DNA of 64,000 nt from Vicugna vicugna (taxonomy: Eukaryota): contig PNXW01005189.1 of assembly GCA_013265495.1 (NCBI GenBank), positions 1-64,000 of the forward strand. The letters run 5' to 3'. The notes beneath the pieces are model-generated. The model made no database searches, was not told where the DNA came from, and saw only the letters and a program-made list of their open reading frames with translations. Positions 38,803 through 50,336 of this stretch are shown here, one piece after another; positions within the stretch are counted from its first letter, which is position 1; every line of letters starts with the position of its first letter. The translations under genes were made by a program, and so were the position numbers.

Positions 38803-39033
38803 CTTTATACTGGAGAGCTACTTCGTGAAGAGTTCAATTTTAGGATATTTCTACAACTTTAGAGACATCAAGTATGCGGCTTCAAAGAGATCACAGTTAA
38901 AAATGAAACTTCCCAGGGAGGCTACCTTATTGATGGACAAAGCCCACACGTGTTTGAGGCTCAGTTCAGTGAAGGATCCACATGTTGGAATAACCTCTAA
39001 CTTGTCTGAATATGTTGCAACTGTAAATTGAAC
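38803..39033 (-). pseudogene. 231-nt exon relic, PAN/apple-like
   Basis: Acceptor atattttcAG, donor aag|GCAATT (GC or mutated GT), phase 1-1; SIYSCNIFRQVRGY / LSL / TCGLC / GSFIFNCDLFE follows PAN Cys spacing after frameshift correction. Confidence 0.4.
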
Positions 39034-40340
39034 CTGAAAATATCCTTGGGATATTCTTTATTCTGAAATTTATCTGCTGCTAACTAGGCTCTCTTCTTCC
39101 AAATCTAAAGAGTAGAAAAACATGACTCTTCATTCTCCTCCCACACCCACTAGGTTCTGAGGAGGTCATGCTGCACAATTTAGAGCAGGAATTACTGAGT
39201 GTGAAGTTCAGGAATGTCATCCGTGGTGTTATACCTAGTGGATAAGTGGTCAGAGAAACACAGAGTCTTAACACAAAATAAGACGCAAATATACGCTCAC
39301 TAATTACATCCTATATTCTAAGGGATGGAAGGAAGAGAAGGGTGGAGCAGGTGATAGGGATTTAGTGAGAAAAAAAGATCTACAAGTAACTTGTTTTTCC
39401 TGTGATGTGCTTTCCATTATACTTTGTAGTAAATTGTAAGCAAATACGTCTAGAAGGGAAATAAATCTAAAATAGCTCTTCGATTTTCATCCATTTCTTA
39501 AAAAATATGAAATTATTTTTTAATAGAATGAAGAGGATGAGGAAATTCAAGCAGTTTGTTCAATAAACCATAAAGAAGGAAGAGATTATGGATTTTGCTC
39601 TCAGATCTTCTGATCCTGTTTGTAAAAAAAAAAATCAGTTTTGAATCTTTAAGGTCTATTAGATCTCTGACAAAGCACTGGGAAGTGAAGATGCTTGTCT
39701 TAGAGAAGGACGGGTTTTATACATTTTTATATGAAGCAAGATTTCAGCTGGGCATTAAAACAACAACAGGTACAACTCTGAAATCTAGACTTTGAAATTC
39801 AGAAAACTGAAGCAATTCTATTTAAAAAGTAGGAAAGTGTCTAAAACTTGTTGGGAGCAAAAGCAAGTGGTTGGCAAATGGAATGGCAACCACAGATTAG
39901 GAAAAGAAAATCAAAAGAAGACACAATGCTTTATATTTTAGCCTTTAGTGTATCAAAATGGTACCAGAGGAACAAGAAATAAACACATTTAATCCCAGCC
40001 TTGACTAAGTACTTGTCTCAAAAATCACATGACATGATGTCTATTTAACTTTTAGGGGAGAAAAGGAATGCAGAAAATCTGTATTTTTCTATCTAGATAA
40101 TATTTAGGAATGTTTCCAATAAGAAATAAAGCATGCCGCTATGTGGAATACATCTCTGGGGAAAGAAAAAAAAATTATAACAAATGAATTTTATAAGGAA
40201 AAGGCTGGAGTATCTAGTAAACATTTTTTGGTACAAGCTTTAAAAATTACCTAGAAGTGGGTGATGTTATCATTGGCTTTTTGAGGAAAAGACTGAAAGA
40301 CCTAGTAGACAATTTGCTACAAGCCGTGTTCATCACTTAC

Positions 40341-40763
40341 AACTGGACTGGGCTGTGGATCAATTTGATTTCAAGAGAATGAAGCATATGGAAGAGAACA
40401 CCGTGTCCTTTAAAAATCACAGCTCTTAACAGTTTGTCCGTCTGCTTCTTGCAGAATCTGGGCTCCCTTCACATTATTTAGTGAAAATTCTAGCTCAGTC
40501 ATGCTTCATGTGTCCTGCAACTTCCTTTTTTTTCTCTCAGGAAAAGTATCCAGTCAACATTACGAGACCCAATGCAAGTCATCTAAGGTGGAGTATGTTT
40601 GTTTGCTAAGCAAGATCACCAGCGTCATTGCCAGCCTGCCTGGGGCTTTCTATAAGGGACTGAGATTCACCCCCCCGGAAGGAGGAGCTGTGTTCACAGG
40701 TCTACCCCCAGGTAAGAGGCAGGGGCTGGATTTCAACTCCCATGTGTCTCTCAGCTGAGCATC
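40341..40763 (-). pseudogene. 423-nt exon relic, CTLD-2
   Basis: Acceptor ttttgcacaAG, donor gtt|GTAAGT, phase 1-1; GCSAE / DTWELKSSPCLL / PGRLA...LHWVS / TRCSLPYASFS*. Confidence 0.5.
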
Positions 40764-40869
40764 CTTGTGCAAAACATAATTGAAAAACCAAGTATGGGAT
40801 GCAGAGAGGCACAGTAAGACCCAGGGGAGGAACATGGTAAATGTATCCATCAGGGCAGGAACCGGGTAA

Positions 40870-41200
40870 TTGTGGGGAGATTAATGAATAATTCACAAAG
40901 GCATGGATAGGGCTAATGGACACTGCGAAGGAACGGCAAAGCACTCAGAAGCTAAGCTCAAAGAAACAGGGCAGGAAGCATTATCAGAACCCAGAGAGAG
41001 TGGTGGCAGTAGCTGTCACCGCAGTCACAGCTGACTCCTCAGATAAGTCCAATCCTACAGAAGCTGTGAGCTTGCAGAAGAACGCAGCCAGTGCCAACTC
41101 ATGCTCTGCCGGAAGGGAAAAGGTAGATAAACACCCAGTCCCCTCCCTCTAGTCTACCTCCTGCCTTCCTCCCGTTGATGAAACCCAAACAAAAGCCAAA
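40870..41200. mobile_element. Possible old ERVL/MaLR LTR remnant in intron
   Basis: GC-richer block ending ccctccctctagtctacctcctgccttcctcccgttgatgaaacccaaacaaaagcca, reminiscent of old LTR ends; weak. Confidence 0.3.
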
Positions 41201-41220
41201 AGGTAAAAATCAGTGAGTAC

Positions 41221-41631
41221 TTTGAACTGAGACATCCCACAGGAAATCTGATCTGGTTGAGCAATGATTCAGATTTGGGTGCCCTGTATTGGGAGTACGA
41301 CATCATGTCTCTTCTCTAACCACCTTGATCCCCTATTGTTAGAGAGAAGAGGCTGAAAACAGTTAATTATGTTAATGGTGGACTCTGAGACTCCGCTACC
41401 AAAACAGTGTCCTAAACGGAAGGCAACGTTTGCTATAGAGTTGGTCATGGGGTTCTCCTCCTATTCATCCTTTCGTGAAATCAGGGATGGCATCCTGAAG
41501 ATATGTGATCTGGGAAACAGCTAGAGACCCAACACTTTGCAGAGAAATGCATGTTTTCTCAGCAATCACTATCAGCGTTGTCAGCATAAAGGTATTTTCC
41601 CAAGGGTTTGGGAGACATCGGCCACTGACAC
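41221..41631 (-). pseudogene. 411-nt exon relic, CTLD-1
   Basis: Acceptor ttttgcattatttcccAG; long open frame VSGRCLPNPWENT...AEKTCISLQSVGSLAVSQITYLQDAIPDFTKG*IGG, with TGA at the expected Trp of WIG, then NCFQPLL...RWLEKRHDVVLP; weak donor aaa|GTACTC. Confidence 0.65.
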
Positions 41632-42669
41632 CTGGGAAATAATGCAAAATATATGCATCTGATGGACTGACTGTTGAGCACAAGTCAGACCCTTCATGAA
41701 GTCCCCTGTTACTCACTAAATTCTTGCTATGGTGGAGAGGGTAGTCAGATTTTTTTTTAAATTGGGGCACAATTGTAACAAAACCTTACTGAGCAATCAC
41801 AGATGGTCTAAGTCTAGGAGATACTGAGTTACAGTTGTCTGGTGGTAGCTACCGTTTCATCTAAAAATGATGAAAGACTGCATTTCAAGACATGATTCTT
41901 AAAAGGAGCTAATTTCCTTATTACTACTCTGCCATCTCTGGGGTCAAGTAACCAGGGACAACTGTTCTTTATCACAGCTTAGGGATCATGTTGGAGGAAT
42001 GAGGAGAAGGTGAACTTTCTCACAATGTACTAGGTAAGCAGTTTGGGGGAAATTAAAGTTGTTCTGACCAATGGCATGGGGAAAAAAATAACAACAATAA
42101 AATTGAATATTATCAGACTTCAACTTCAACTGCCCATTACCACTAACATGAGAAGGAAAGGATAATTTTTACTACGTGGTTCTCCTGTTAAGGACTGGGG
42201 ATTTTACTCTTAGTATTTAATTTCTACCCAAGTCTCTAAATAACTTTTCAGTATTGCCCTTTACAAAAGAGAAACCTGGACTATATTGAATTCAAGCTGT
42301 TGAATTAATAAGTGTATTAAGCACCAGGATTTGAACCCAAGATTCTCTGACTTCCGTTTTGTTCTTTCTCCAACTTCCATCCCTGTAGCCTGCATGTTGC
42401 TCTTTAAAAACTGTCCTTTATTTCTATATTTAATCTGAAAATTATTGGTAGGGAGTCCAGAGGAATTCTGAATGAATCATACTGGATTTTAAACGCTTTA
42501 AGATGTTTTTGTATCTAAAATTGCCTTTAGGGTTGACCCTGCTCATTAGAATTTATTAAAAATTAACAAATAAGTGGATGTTTGAAATAATCCATCTCAG
42601 TACTCAAGTCTAGGACTTCTCACTCCTGGAAAAATAATTTATTGTTCTGATTTCACTAGAAGTTTTCTC

Positions 42670-42790
42670 TTGAGATGTGAATGTTATTCTATTTCTCCAT
42701 CCACCCATCCTCCCCTCATTTTTTGAGCATCTACTATGTGTCTGATACTGTCTTTGGAATTCAAAGAATGCAATGATATTCTCTGGTTTT
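42670..42790 (-). mobile_element. L2 3'-end fragment
   Basis: catccacccatcc...tttttgagcatctactatgtgtctgatactgtc. Confidence 0.5.
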
Positions 42791-43014
42791 CAGTTAGGCC
42801 CTTCAAAATATTCTGAATCTGTCCCTTGCTTTATATACTGAAAGAAAGTGAACAGGTGAGCCTTGTCATAAGGCTGCAGTTTCACTGGACAGAGGATTAC
42901 AAATGCCAGTGAAAAATTGAAAACCAAAAGCTACACAAATGATATTACTTCTTGAGACACGAAGTTTGCACTAATCCTGATAATTAGCATTATTTTCCAT
43001 AATATGAAAACTTA

Positions 43015-43300
43015 GAATGGCAACAACACGGTAAGATGTATTTTTCCTCCATGTCACACTCTGATGTGGGTGGGACAGCTCTCCTCCACCTGCGTGTGGC
43101 TCTGCCATCCAGAGCACGTGTCTTCCTAGATTACCGTGGCAGAAGAAGGGAGAGATTAAGGTCTCCCACCTCTTCGTAACTGTCTTGGTCAGAAGTGCTA
43201 TGAATCAATTTCTCTCCCTTCATTGGCCAGAAGTAGTCACGTGGCCTCTACTAAAGGCAAAGCAGCTTGGGAAATAGAGGGAAGCAAATGGAATGTTTGA
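43015..43300 (-). mobile_element. MaLR LTR (MLT1K/L-like) fragment
   Basis: cattggccagaagtagtcacgtggcctc...aaggcaaagcagcttgggaaatagag. Confidence 0.6.
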
Positions 43301-43933
43301 AAGTACAGAGAGATCGCTAAGGATGTGTTCATAACTAAATTTGGGGGAATAGTGGTTGAAGGCATGCTAAGAAATCTATCTTTTCAGGGAAAAAAAAGCA
43401 CTTATATCTTAGATTTTAATTATTTCATGGAGTCAATCTTTTCATTGGATACATGGATACTTGGAGGCAATTTTTTTTTCATTGGATATTGGATAGGAGT
43501 GGAGAAAAGGGCACAGGGGAGGTGCAAAAGAAAAGTTTTCTATACAAAAGTTTTCTGACATAGACTCTGTTTGAAATTTCTGATCATTAGTACAGGTCTA
43601 GCCCAACTGCCCCATGGGTCATTTCTGAAATATAAGATTCTAGCTGTAATTTAATTTCAATAGCTAATTTCAAGACTGTATGTTAGATTTTGCTTTAACA
43701 GGGAGGGAGGCGTCCCACTTAAGGAGTAAATCGTAAAAGCCATTCAACTCTCCTCAAACATAGTGATGGAAACACGAAAGTGAACGTGGTTTACTACTTC
43801 TGTGGAAGTCAGGGCAAAGCCAGCACCATATAATTCTGCACAACATGATTTTCTCCGCAAATTGAGTGGGCATATGGCTTTCCATTCCAATTTCAGCCGT
43901 CATGTCAAATCTTGAGATCTAATTGTGGCTCAC

Positions 43934-44021
43934 ACGCCCTCTGTCGAAATGGTTGACTTGGGCAAGCTACCAACAGCAGAAGCATCAGACAGGTGTTCCT
44001 GAATCATCTGCTGGTTTCCAT
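43934..44021 (-). pseudogene. Signal-peptide (first coding) exon relic
   Basis: ATG at 44021-44019, METSR*FRNTCLMLLLLVACPSQPFRQRA, donor gcgt|GTGAGC in phase 1, joining in frame to the 41631 exon (t|gt = Cys). Confidence 0.6.
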
Positions 44022-44715
44022 TTGGTAATTCCTGCAGACCCTTTGGCAAGGCTGCCTGCTGATAAACTCAGACCTGTTCATTGTCAGGGATTCATGGATT
44101 AAGGAACGAATGCTTTAAAGTGAATGGTTTCACGTGCAGCTAACACCCAAGGACTTCTATTTACCTATGAGACTGTGTGGGGCACCATTTGATTATGAAA
44201 CATATGTTGAAACAGCAGGGTTGGAATGAAATACAAACAAAAATGTACCACTTAGCTTGGACATATTGATAAATAAGAGCAAACTCTGTTCTCATATGAT
44301 ATTCAGGTTACAAATGGACCAATTAAAATTCTGAGGGGTGTCTTTGGGAGTCAAAATGGCCCACAGTTACACTGATAGGAGGCAAATTAGCATGAAAGTG
44401 TGTGACACGGAGCAGACTCAAGAGCTTTTTTTTTTTTTTTTGGTGGAATCAAATCTCCACGTCTGCTCAGCACGAGTGTCCAGACTTGGGTCAAGATAAC
44501 TTGGGTAAAAACGATTTCTGTCAGTTTGTAAATAACTTCCAATAAAATATTTAGGGATTCTATAGGAAGAAGGATGTTCAGCCTGCTCTCAGGCTATTAG
44601 ATTAAATTGTTTCACGGGTGAAGGTTTGTCAGTGTAAGTGGGATCCATGACAGACTGAAACCCTGTGCTCTTACTCAAAAGGTGGAATTGTTCTTCCTAA
44701 TAGATGGGCTCCAAT

Positions 44716-44893
44716 ACCGTGACTCTCAATCTTGTCTGTTCTGTGCTTTCATCTGGGGAGCTTTATAAAGTTCTGATGCCTGAGACCCACCACGCATTCT
44801 GGGTTTAATAGGTCTGGGGTGTGGGATAAGCACCAGGATTTTAAAAGAATCCTCAGATGATCCTCATATACAATTGTAGTTAATATACCATTG
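44716..44893. mobile_element. MER5A-like hAT DNA transposon MITE
   Basis: catctggggagctttataaagttctgatgcctgagacccacc...aataggtctggggtgtggg...ggattttaaaagaatcctcagatgatcc. Confidence 0.7.
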
Positions 44894-45594
44894 TGAACCA
44901 CAGTTCAAACACTTACTCTGGGCAGCACCCTCTTTGAGTTAATAAATGATATTTAAAAAAAATATGTTACTAAGGATAAAAGTTCTGGATCTATGCATTA
45001 TTTAGTGTGCTTATAAAATATCATTGCCTCATGGTCTTAATGGAGTCCCAGAGAAGAGGAGCAAGAAAAAGAACAAAGTACATAGTAAAGAAAAACCTCA
45101 CCATCTAGACCTGCTCTGATCAATTTCATGCCTGAGACTTGGCCATTCTCACAAGAAAGTTCCCCACACATTTTCTAAGAAATGTCATGCTGTGTACCTC
45201 GGAAAGGACACAGGGCAAAACATAAGCCAGGTTACATTTATTTCCTTAAGTCTCAGTTTCCTCATCTTAGAAATAATGTCAATGAATAAGAATATCATGA
45301 GAGTGCCTTGTAGGTTCACAGTTCAGTGACTCAGAGGTTAACTTTGGCTATTTTTTGATTTGGAGTCCCTCGTTCTTTCTTTTAAACAAAGTACACCTCT
45401 TTGCAAAAAAATTATCCATATCGTCCTCTAATTTGAGGTCCTATTTGGGCCCAGGGCATCATGTCTTTCAAATATGTTCTGGACTAGAGCATAACTTGTA
45501 TGGGAGGTACCATCTAGGCCTTTACACTGAGAAGAACACACCCGGAAGTAAGCACCTGTCACCAGAGATGATGCTTCTGAATGGCCTCTGACTC

Positions 45595-46109
45595 CCTAAC
45601 AGGAAAAACAAATCCGACTCCATACGCGATCTGTCCCTTTGGCTCTAACCCTGGGCTCTGTCTCCTGGGCTGAGTCCTGCTGGTTCTGCACCTTTTGTAA
45701 AAGAATGTTGTCTACAGCCTAAAATATACAGGAGAGCCCGTTCTCAAGGCTCTGACCTTTAAGGGTACAACACTTTCCCACTCATATAAAGACAGAACGT
45801 TGCAGAACAGAGAACATTTGTCCGGTTGGACATTTATAGGAATATCATGGTGTGACCTACCTGGACAGCTGCAAGAACAAAAGATTTTGACACCAAGACG
45901 TTTGCAACAACCAAACACACCCGCTTCCCTTCTTAATATAAAAGGAGACTGAAATCTGACTTGGAAAGAGGGTTCTCACGGACTTTAGCCTGCCACCTTT
46001 TCAGTCTGCTGGCTTTTGAAATAGAGTTGTTATTCCTTGCCTCAACACCTCATCTCCCGATGAATGGGTCTGTTGTGTGGCAAGCGGAATGATTCTGGAC
46101 TCAGTAACA
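45595..46109 (+). mobile_element. ERV1-like solo LTR (family B, copy 1)
   Basis: Colinear with 50337-50851 (aacaaatc.gactccata...tataaaagg...gtaaca end); 5' end approximate. Confidence 0.8.
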
Positions 46110-47493
46110 AAAGTATTTATAGATAGAGCATTGTTAAGTGGAGGATTGTATACCACCCAAAGGGTACTGTATCTTTACCCCAGCTATTGCTGATATACCC
46201 AAGAAGTCTAGTGCTTCCAAGTGGACATGGAGTGCCCTAAATGGATTTGCCAAATTTAAGTATTCTCTTCTTCAAAACCTAGTCTGTCTTATACTGAACT
46301 CTCCTTTTCTGAGCTCATGCAGTTCAAATAATCAAGTAAATGGAAAACAGGTACAGACAGTATCTTAGAGTTAATTTGTCTCATTTCCTAGAATTTGGTC
46401 GTAAGTAAATGTTACGGCTGAGGTCCCAGACTTAGCTGATTGCTTACCAGAGATTTTAACTCATCCAGGTTCCTTCCACAATCTACCTATATAAACTATT
46501 TTTCATCAGTTGAGTATCAGCCCAGTCTCTGAAAGGTACTTGGTGTCGTTTTCAGTGGTTAACATTTTGCATATGTGATATTACTCGTCCTGGGTGACTC
46601 TTTTAGACAAAAACTGTCTTCTTTGGCATCTTTCTCAGCCTGAGACAAACGCAGTGCAAACCTCAGGAAGCATGTAAATAACACAGTTGGTCAATCTAAT
46701 TCAATCAATCAAATATTCGTTCCATAAAGAAAATCCAAGGCTATTTTGGGCCAAAGGATGCTTGTTTCGATCTCTGACACCTTCTGAACCCCCAGTTGTT
46801 CAGTGTCAGTTGCTTTAGAGCTTACCGGAGAATGAATCACAGAGGTAAAGTGGAGGGAAAGCAATATTTAGCCCATGTGTTTTGAGAATTGAGAGGGTGT
46901 TGGGTTGGTGGGCAAGTTCTAATTTGGATTTTAATAATGGCATTCTCAAACGATTAGCTGAACACACAGGAGGAAGTTTAAGAGGAGGTGGAGAAAGTAC
47001 AGCAATTTCTGAACAGCAGTGTAACAGGCAGCTAAATGGGACTCAATTTCCTTCATCCAGAGGTAAGACACCCAAGAGAATTAGGCTAAAACGTTGCCTT
47101 TTTTGGCTAGTAAAGGATGGCTGCCTAACCTTAACGGACGGCAGCGTGCCTGCTTTATGTCTGATTTCACCAACATTCAGTTAAGATCAACAGAATAATT
47201 TGTATTTACTTCCTTCACATCTTTGGTGGGATATTTTTGCAGGAGTAAAACCGCAATTTCCTGTTTCCATGCACAATTAGTGATGTTTGCCCTTAATAGT
47301 CAAATAGCATTTGACCATTATATTAATTCAATTAGCTCTAAATGGGTGCAGAGAAGCCAATGAATAACTTGCAAGATATTGACTACTGGAGTAGAATGTT
47401 TGCTGAAAGAAAATTGTACAAATTAGGATGTTTGGGGAAGGAAGGGGGAAAAGGAAAAAAAAATCTCATAGTCTATTCATTTCTTCATGATTG

Positions 47494-48130
47494 CATTGCC
47501 GGTCAATGTGGCTGGTGTCCAGTTTCTTGTCCCATCCCAGGAAGAATTTAGAGATGTGACGCGGAGGTTAAGAAAGCAAAGTGGGGATTCATTAAGGGGG
47601 AGAGCGGGCAGGCTCAGGTGAGCAGCTGCCCTGAGTTTCTTGGGCAAGTTGGTTACGTAGGGTGTAAAATGAATGGGTGGAATATTCATTGGGGAGGGAA
47701 GACTTTGGGGTCATAATCCCTGAATTTCATCCCAGGTCCACCTTCCTGAAGGGAGGAGGGATTTTTGTTCTTATGTAGTCTGTATCGGACGTGCCATCCC
47801 ATCAGTGCATGATGGGTACTTCTGATCTACAAGGCTAATTTTATTGAAATGAGGGCATAATAAGCAAAAGGTTACATTTGGACACTAAAAATTCCTGCCT
47901 CTTCTCACCTTTCTTTGTCAGTCTCCAGGCCACTCATCACCCCAAAAGCTGTCACCACTTACCAGCTCAGAGGTCCTTGCATATCTTTCTCTGCCCAGGG
48001 ACCCCTGGTGCTTATGTGATGTCTGGCTTCCTGCATTTGGCCTGTGCCCCTCCTTTATGTCCAATTCCTGCCATTTGGCTTGTGTGCCCCCCTTTCTCTG
48101 CTCATATCTAGCTACCTGCCTGCTCTAACA
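47494..48130 (-). mobile_element. ERV1-like solo LTR (family A, copy 2)
   Basis: Reverse-complement homologue of 8390-9017; TSD attg at 47490-47493 and 48131-48134. Confidence 0.85.
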
Positions 48131-50336
48131 ATTGCATGTTGGAAACACTTGGAGTATTTGTAGGTGTGGATGAGAGTGTAGAGTATAAGAATATGCCTTT
48201 GTCAGGAAAGATGATAACCTTCCCCTCCAGTCCTGAAAGGACTGAAAACAATACTGCCTTACAAGCCTATCTTTCCATCTGGAATGGATTTCTCAATTGT
48301 CCTTTTAGAGAATCAGACTTTTTGAATGATAATTAGCTAGTTTACTTCACTGAGGAGCAAATATCTCTGTGATCACTCAGGCTGACAGAGTGAAAAAGAG
48401 CAGGAGAGCTAATCCGTATTCTAATGGCTGCAGATGGCAACACCATCACACATCTCATCTGTTCCTAGGTGGAAATTTTCTTATTAATACCCAAACTTAT
48501 GTCCATTTCAGATTGGGGTGGCTTTTTATGTCGCCATTTATTTCCCACTGAGGGTGGTAATTAGAAAGTCTCCAGAGTAGATCATAGTTAATTTAAATTT
48601 TTTCTTCCCTCCAGAGCTTTATAATTATAAAGTTACTACATTTACGGCTACATACACTATCTCATGTTTTATCCATTTCCAAAATAACACTCCTGCTTGC
48701 TTTTTTTTTTTGAGGCCAGAGATAGGGCACAATGCTTAGAATGAGATTTACCAAGGTAACAGGATTGGTGAGTTACAGTTAAAAAACTGAAACAAAACAA
48801 AAGCAAAAACAGTCTTCAGAGAGGGTGATCAATTGGGCGATTTTGGCAAGCAGTCGTAAGGTCAACTGCTTAGCCACGATGACACTACTAAGTTGCCAAA
48901 TTCTTCTTTAGGCTTGAGAACAAATTGTTTAGGCTGCCTACTCCCGATGGCCACCTTCGTGCTGAGGAACCTACCAAAAATGTGGGTAATTGAAGCCTAG
49001 CTCATTGCCTCATAAAAAAATAAACCTACCTGAGCCTCATTACTGACACATTTGCTACTGGTTTTGATCTTCTGAAATGATGATACGCTTATTGGATTTA
49101 ATGCATTACATGCATGTGTTGAGTTCTGTGCTCCTGGTTTTTAAGGCTCCACTAATGAAGTGGTAGAAAAATATTAAGGAAACGTGTCCTTTGAAAAGAT
49201 ATATAAGAAAGAGAAAAGCCACATTGACTCTGGAAATTCTTCTGTAATTTTCTAAGTCTAATATCCCCATGAATATTTTCTTATTTTGTTTTTAAACACT
49301 CTCTTTGCTTAATTAATTCATAAAAAATGTAATACAAACTTAAAGGGGTAAAAGTGAGTTCAAATATGGTGGATTTTACCCAACAATCAATACTTCTTTC
49401 AGTCAATAAAATTCTGAGCATTTGAGTGGGTCACTAATCAGAAGGTCAGTGTAGAGTGACTGTGTCCTCTGGTGCTCCTCTTTATTACAAAATATTCTAC
49501 TAAGCTCTTCTCTTTATTTTCATCAGCACATTAAAAAAGAAAGTCTCCTTGGTCCTTTTTTAGGAAGGAAGAAGCCCATCCTATTTTCTTCCATAAACCT
49601 AAGGCCAAACACCTTTGAAAAAAATGCAAATGGTACCTTGTTTTCAGATCTGAATCGAAAGCATTAAATTCATTTTCATCGATTACATTATAAGGTACTG
49701 TTTACATGTGGAGAAGAAAATCCAGGGCCTTTGATAAAGCTGTTTGTTTTCCATTTTCAGAGAGAGATTTCAGGACCATGAATTGCACTCTGAAAAGCAT
49801 CCGAAGTGGGCTGGTAGATCAGTCATAAAGCATCCTCGTGGAATCGATTGAACATCCCCGTGTACTTAAGGGATCTTTCATTCTGGCTCAAGCACAGCAA
49901 GCAGAGATTCACTTTCTTGGATGGTACCAGCCACTCAACTTGACCAAATTAACTAATTTTATGAATTTCTCTTCTGCTGGACTTTAAAAAAAGGAGAAAG
50001 AAATATCATAACAATTAAACTTTTTCCCCTTCTTTTTTGTCAACATATGTCTGCGTAGTTTCTTAAAAAAAAAAAAAAAACAGAGATGAATCAAACAAAA
50101 GTGATTAAACTAAAGTGAGATAATTATTTTCACATAAATTTACAAACAATGTCAAAGGCATTCATTGAGGAAGTTTTTGTGTTATAAGGCAGTCTGTAGA
50201 ATACAAAATATACTAATTGTCTGTCCTGGGAGACTTTACATTTTAAATGTCACCAAAAATTTAATCCAATTATATAAAGTAATCTATTGAGATGCATGAA
50301 AAAGGTTTGTTTTCTGTTAACCAAAATGCCTTAGCC

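Larger units (their letters stand above)
20547..44021 (-). pseudogene. Candidate multi-exon unitary pseudogene of a mosaic C-type-lectin / PAN-like / CUB-like / EGF-like extracellular protein
   Basis: About 18 collinear minus-strand segments, most bounded by polypyrimidine-AG and GT signals. Their translations retain signal-peptide, CTLD and EGF motifs in a plausible N-to-C order, but with many stops and frameshifts. Manual reconstruction only. Confidence 0.7.

Noticed and set aside
20547..44021. Assigning the relic to EYS, EGFEM1, ATRN/ATRNL1, the MRC1 family, DTHD1 or CLEC20A
   Set aside because: Recalled sequences, domain orders or gene sizes do not match, so no gene symbol is given.
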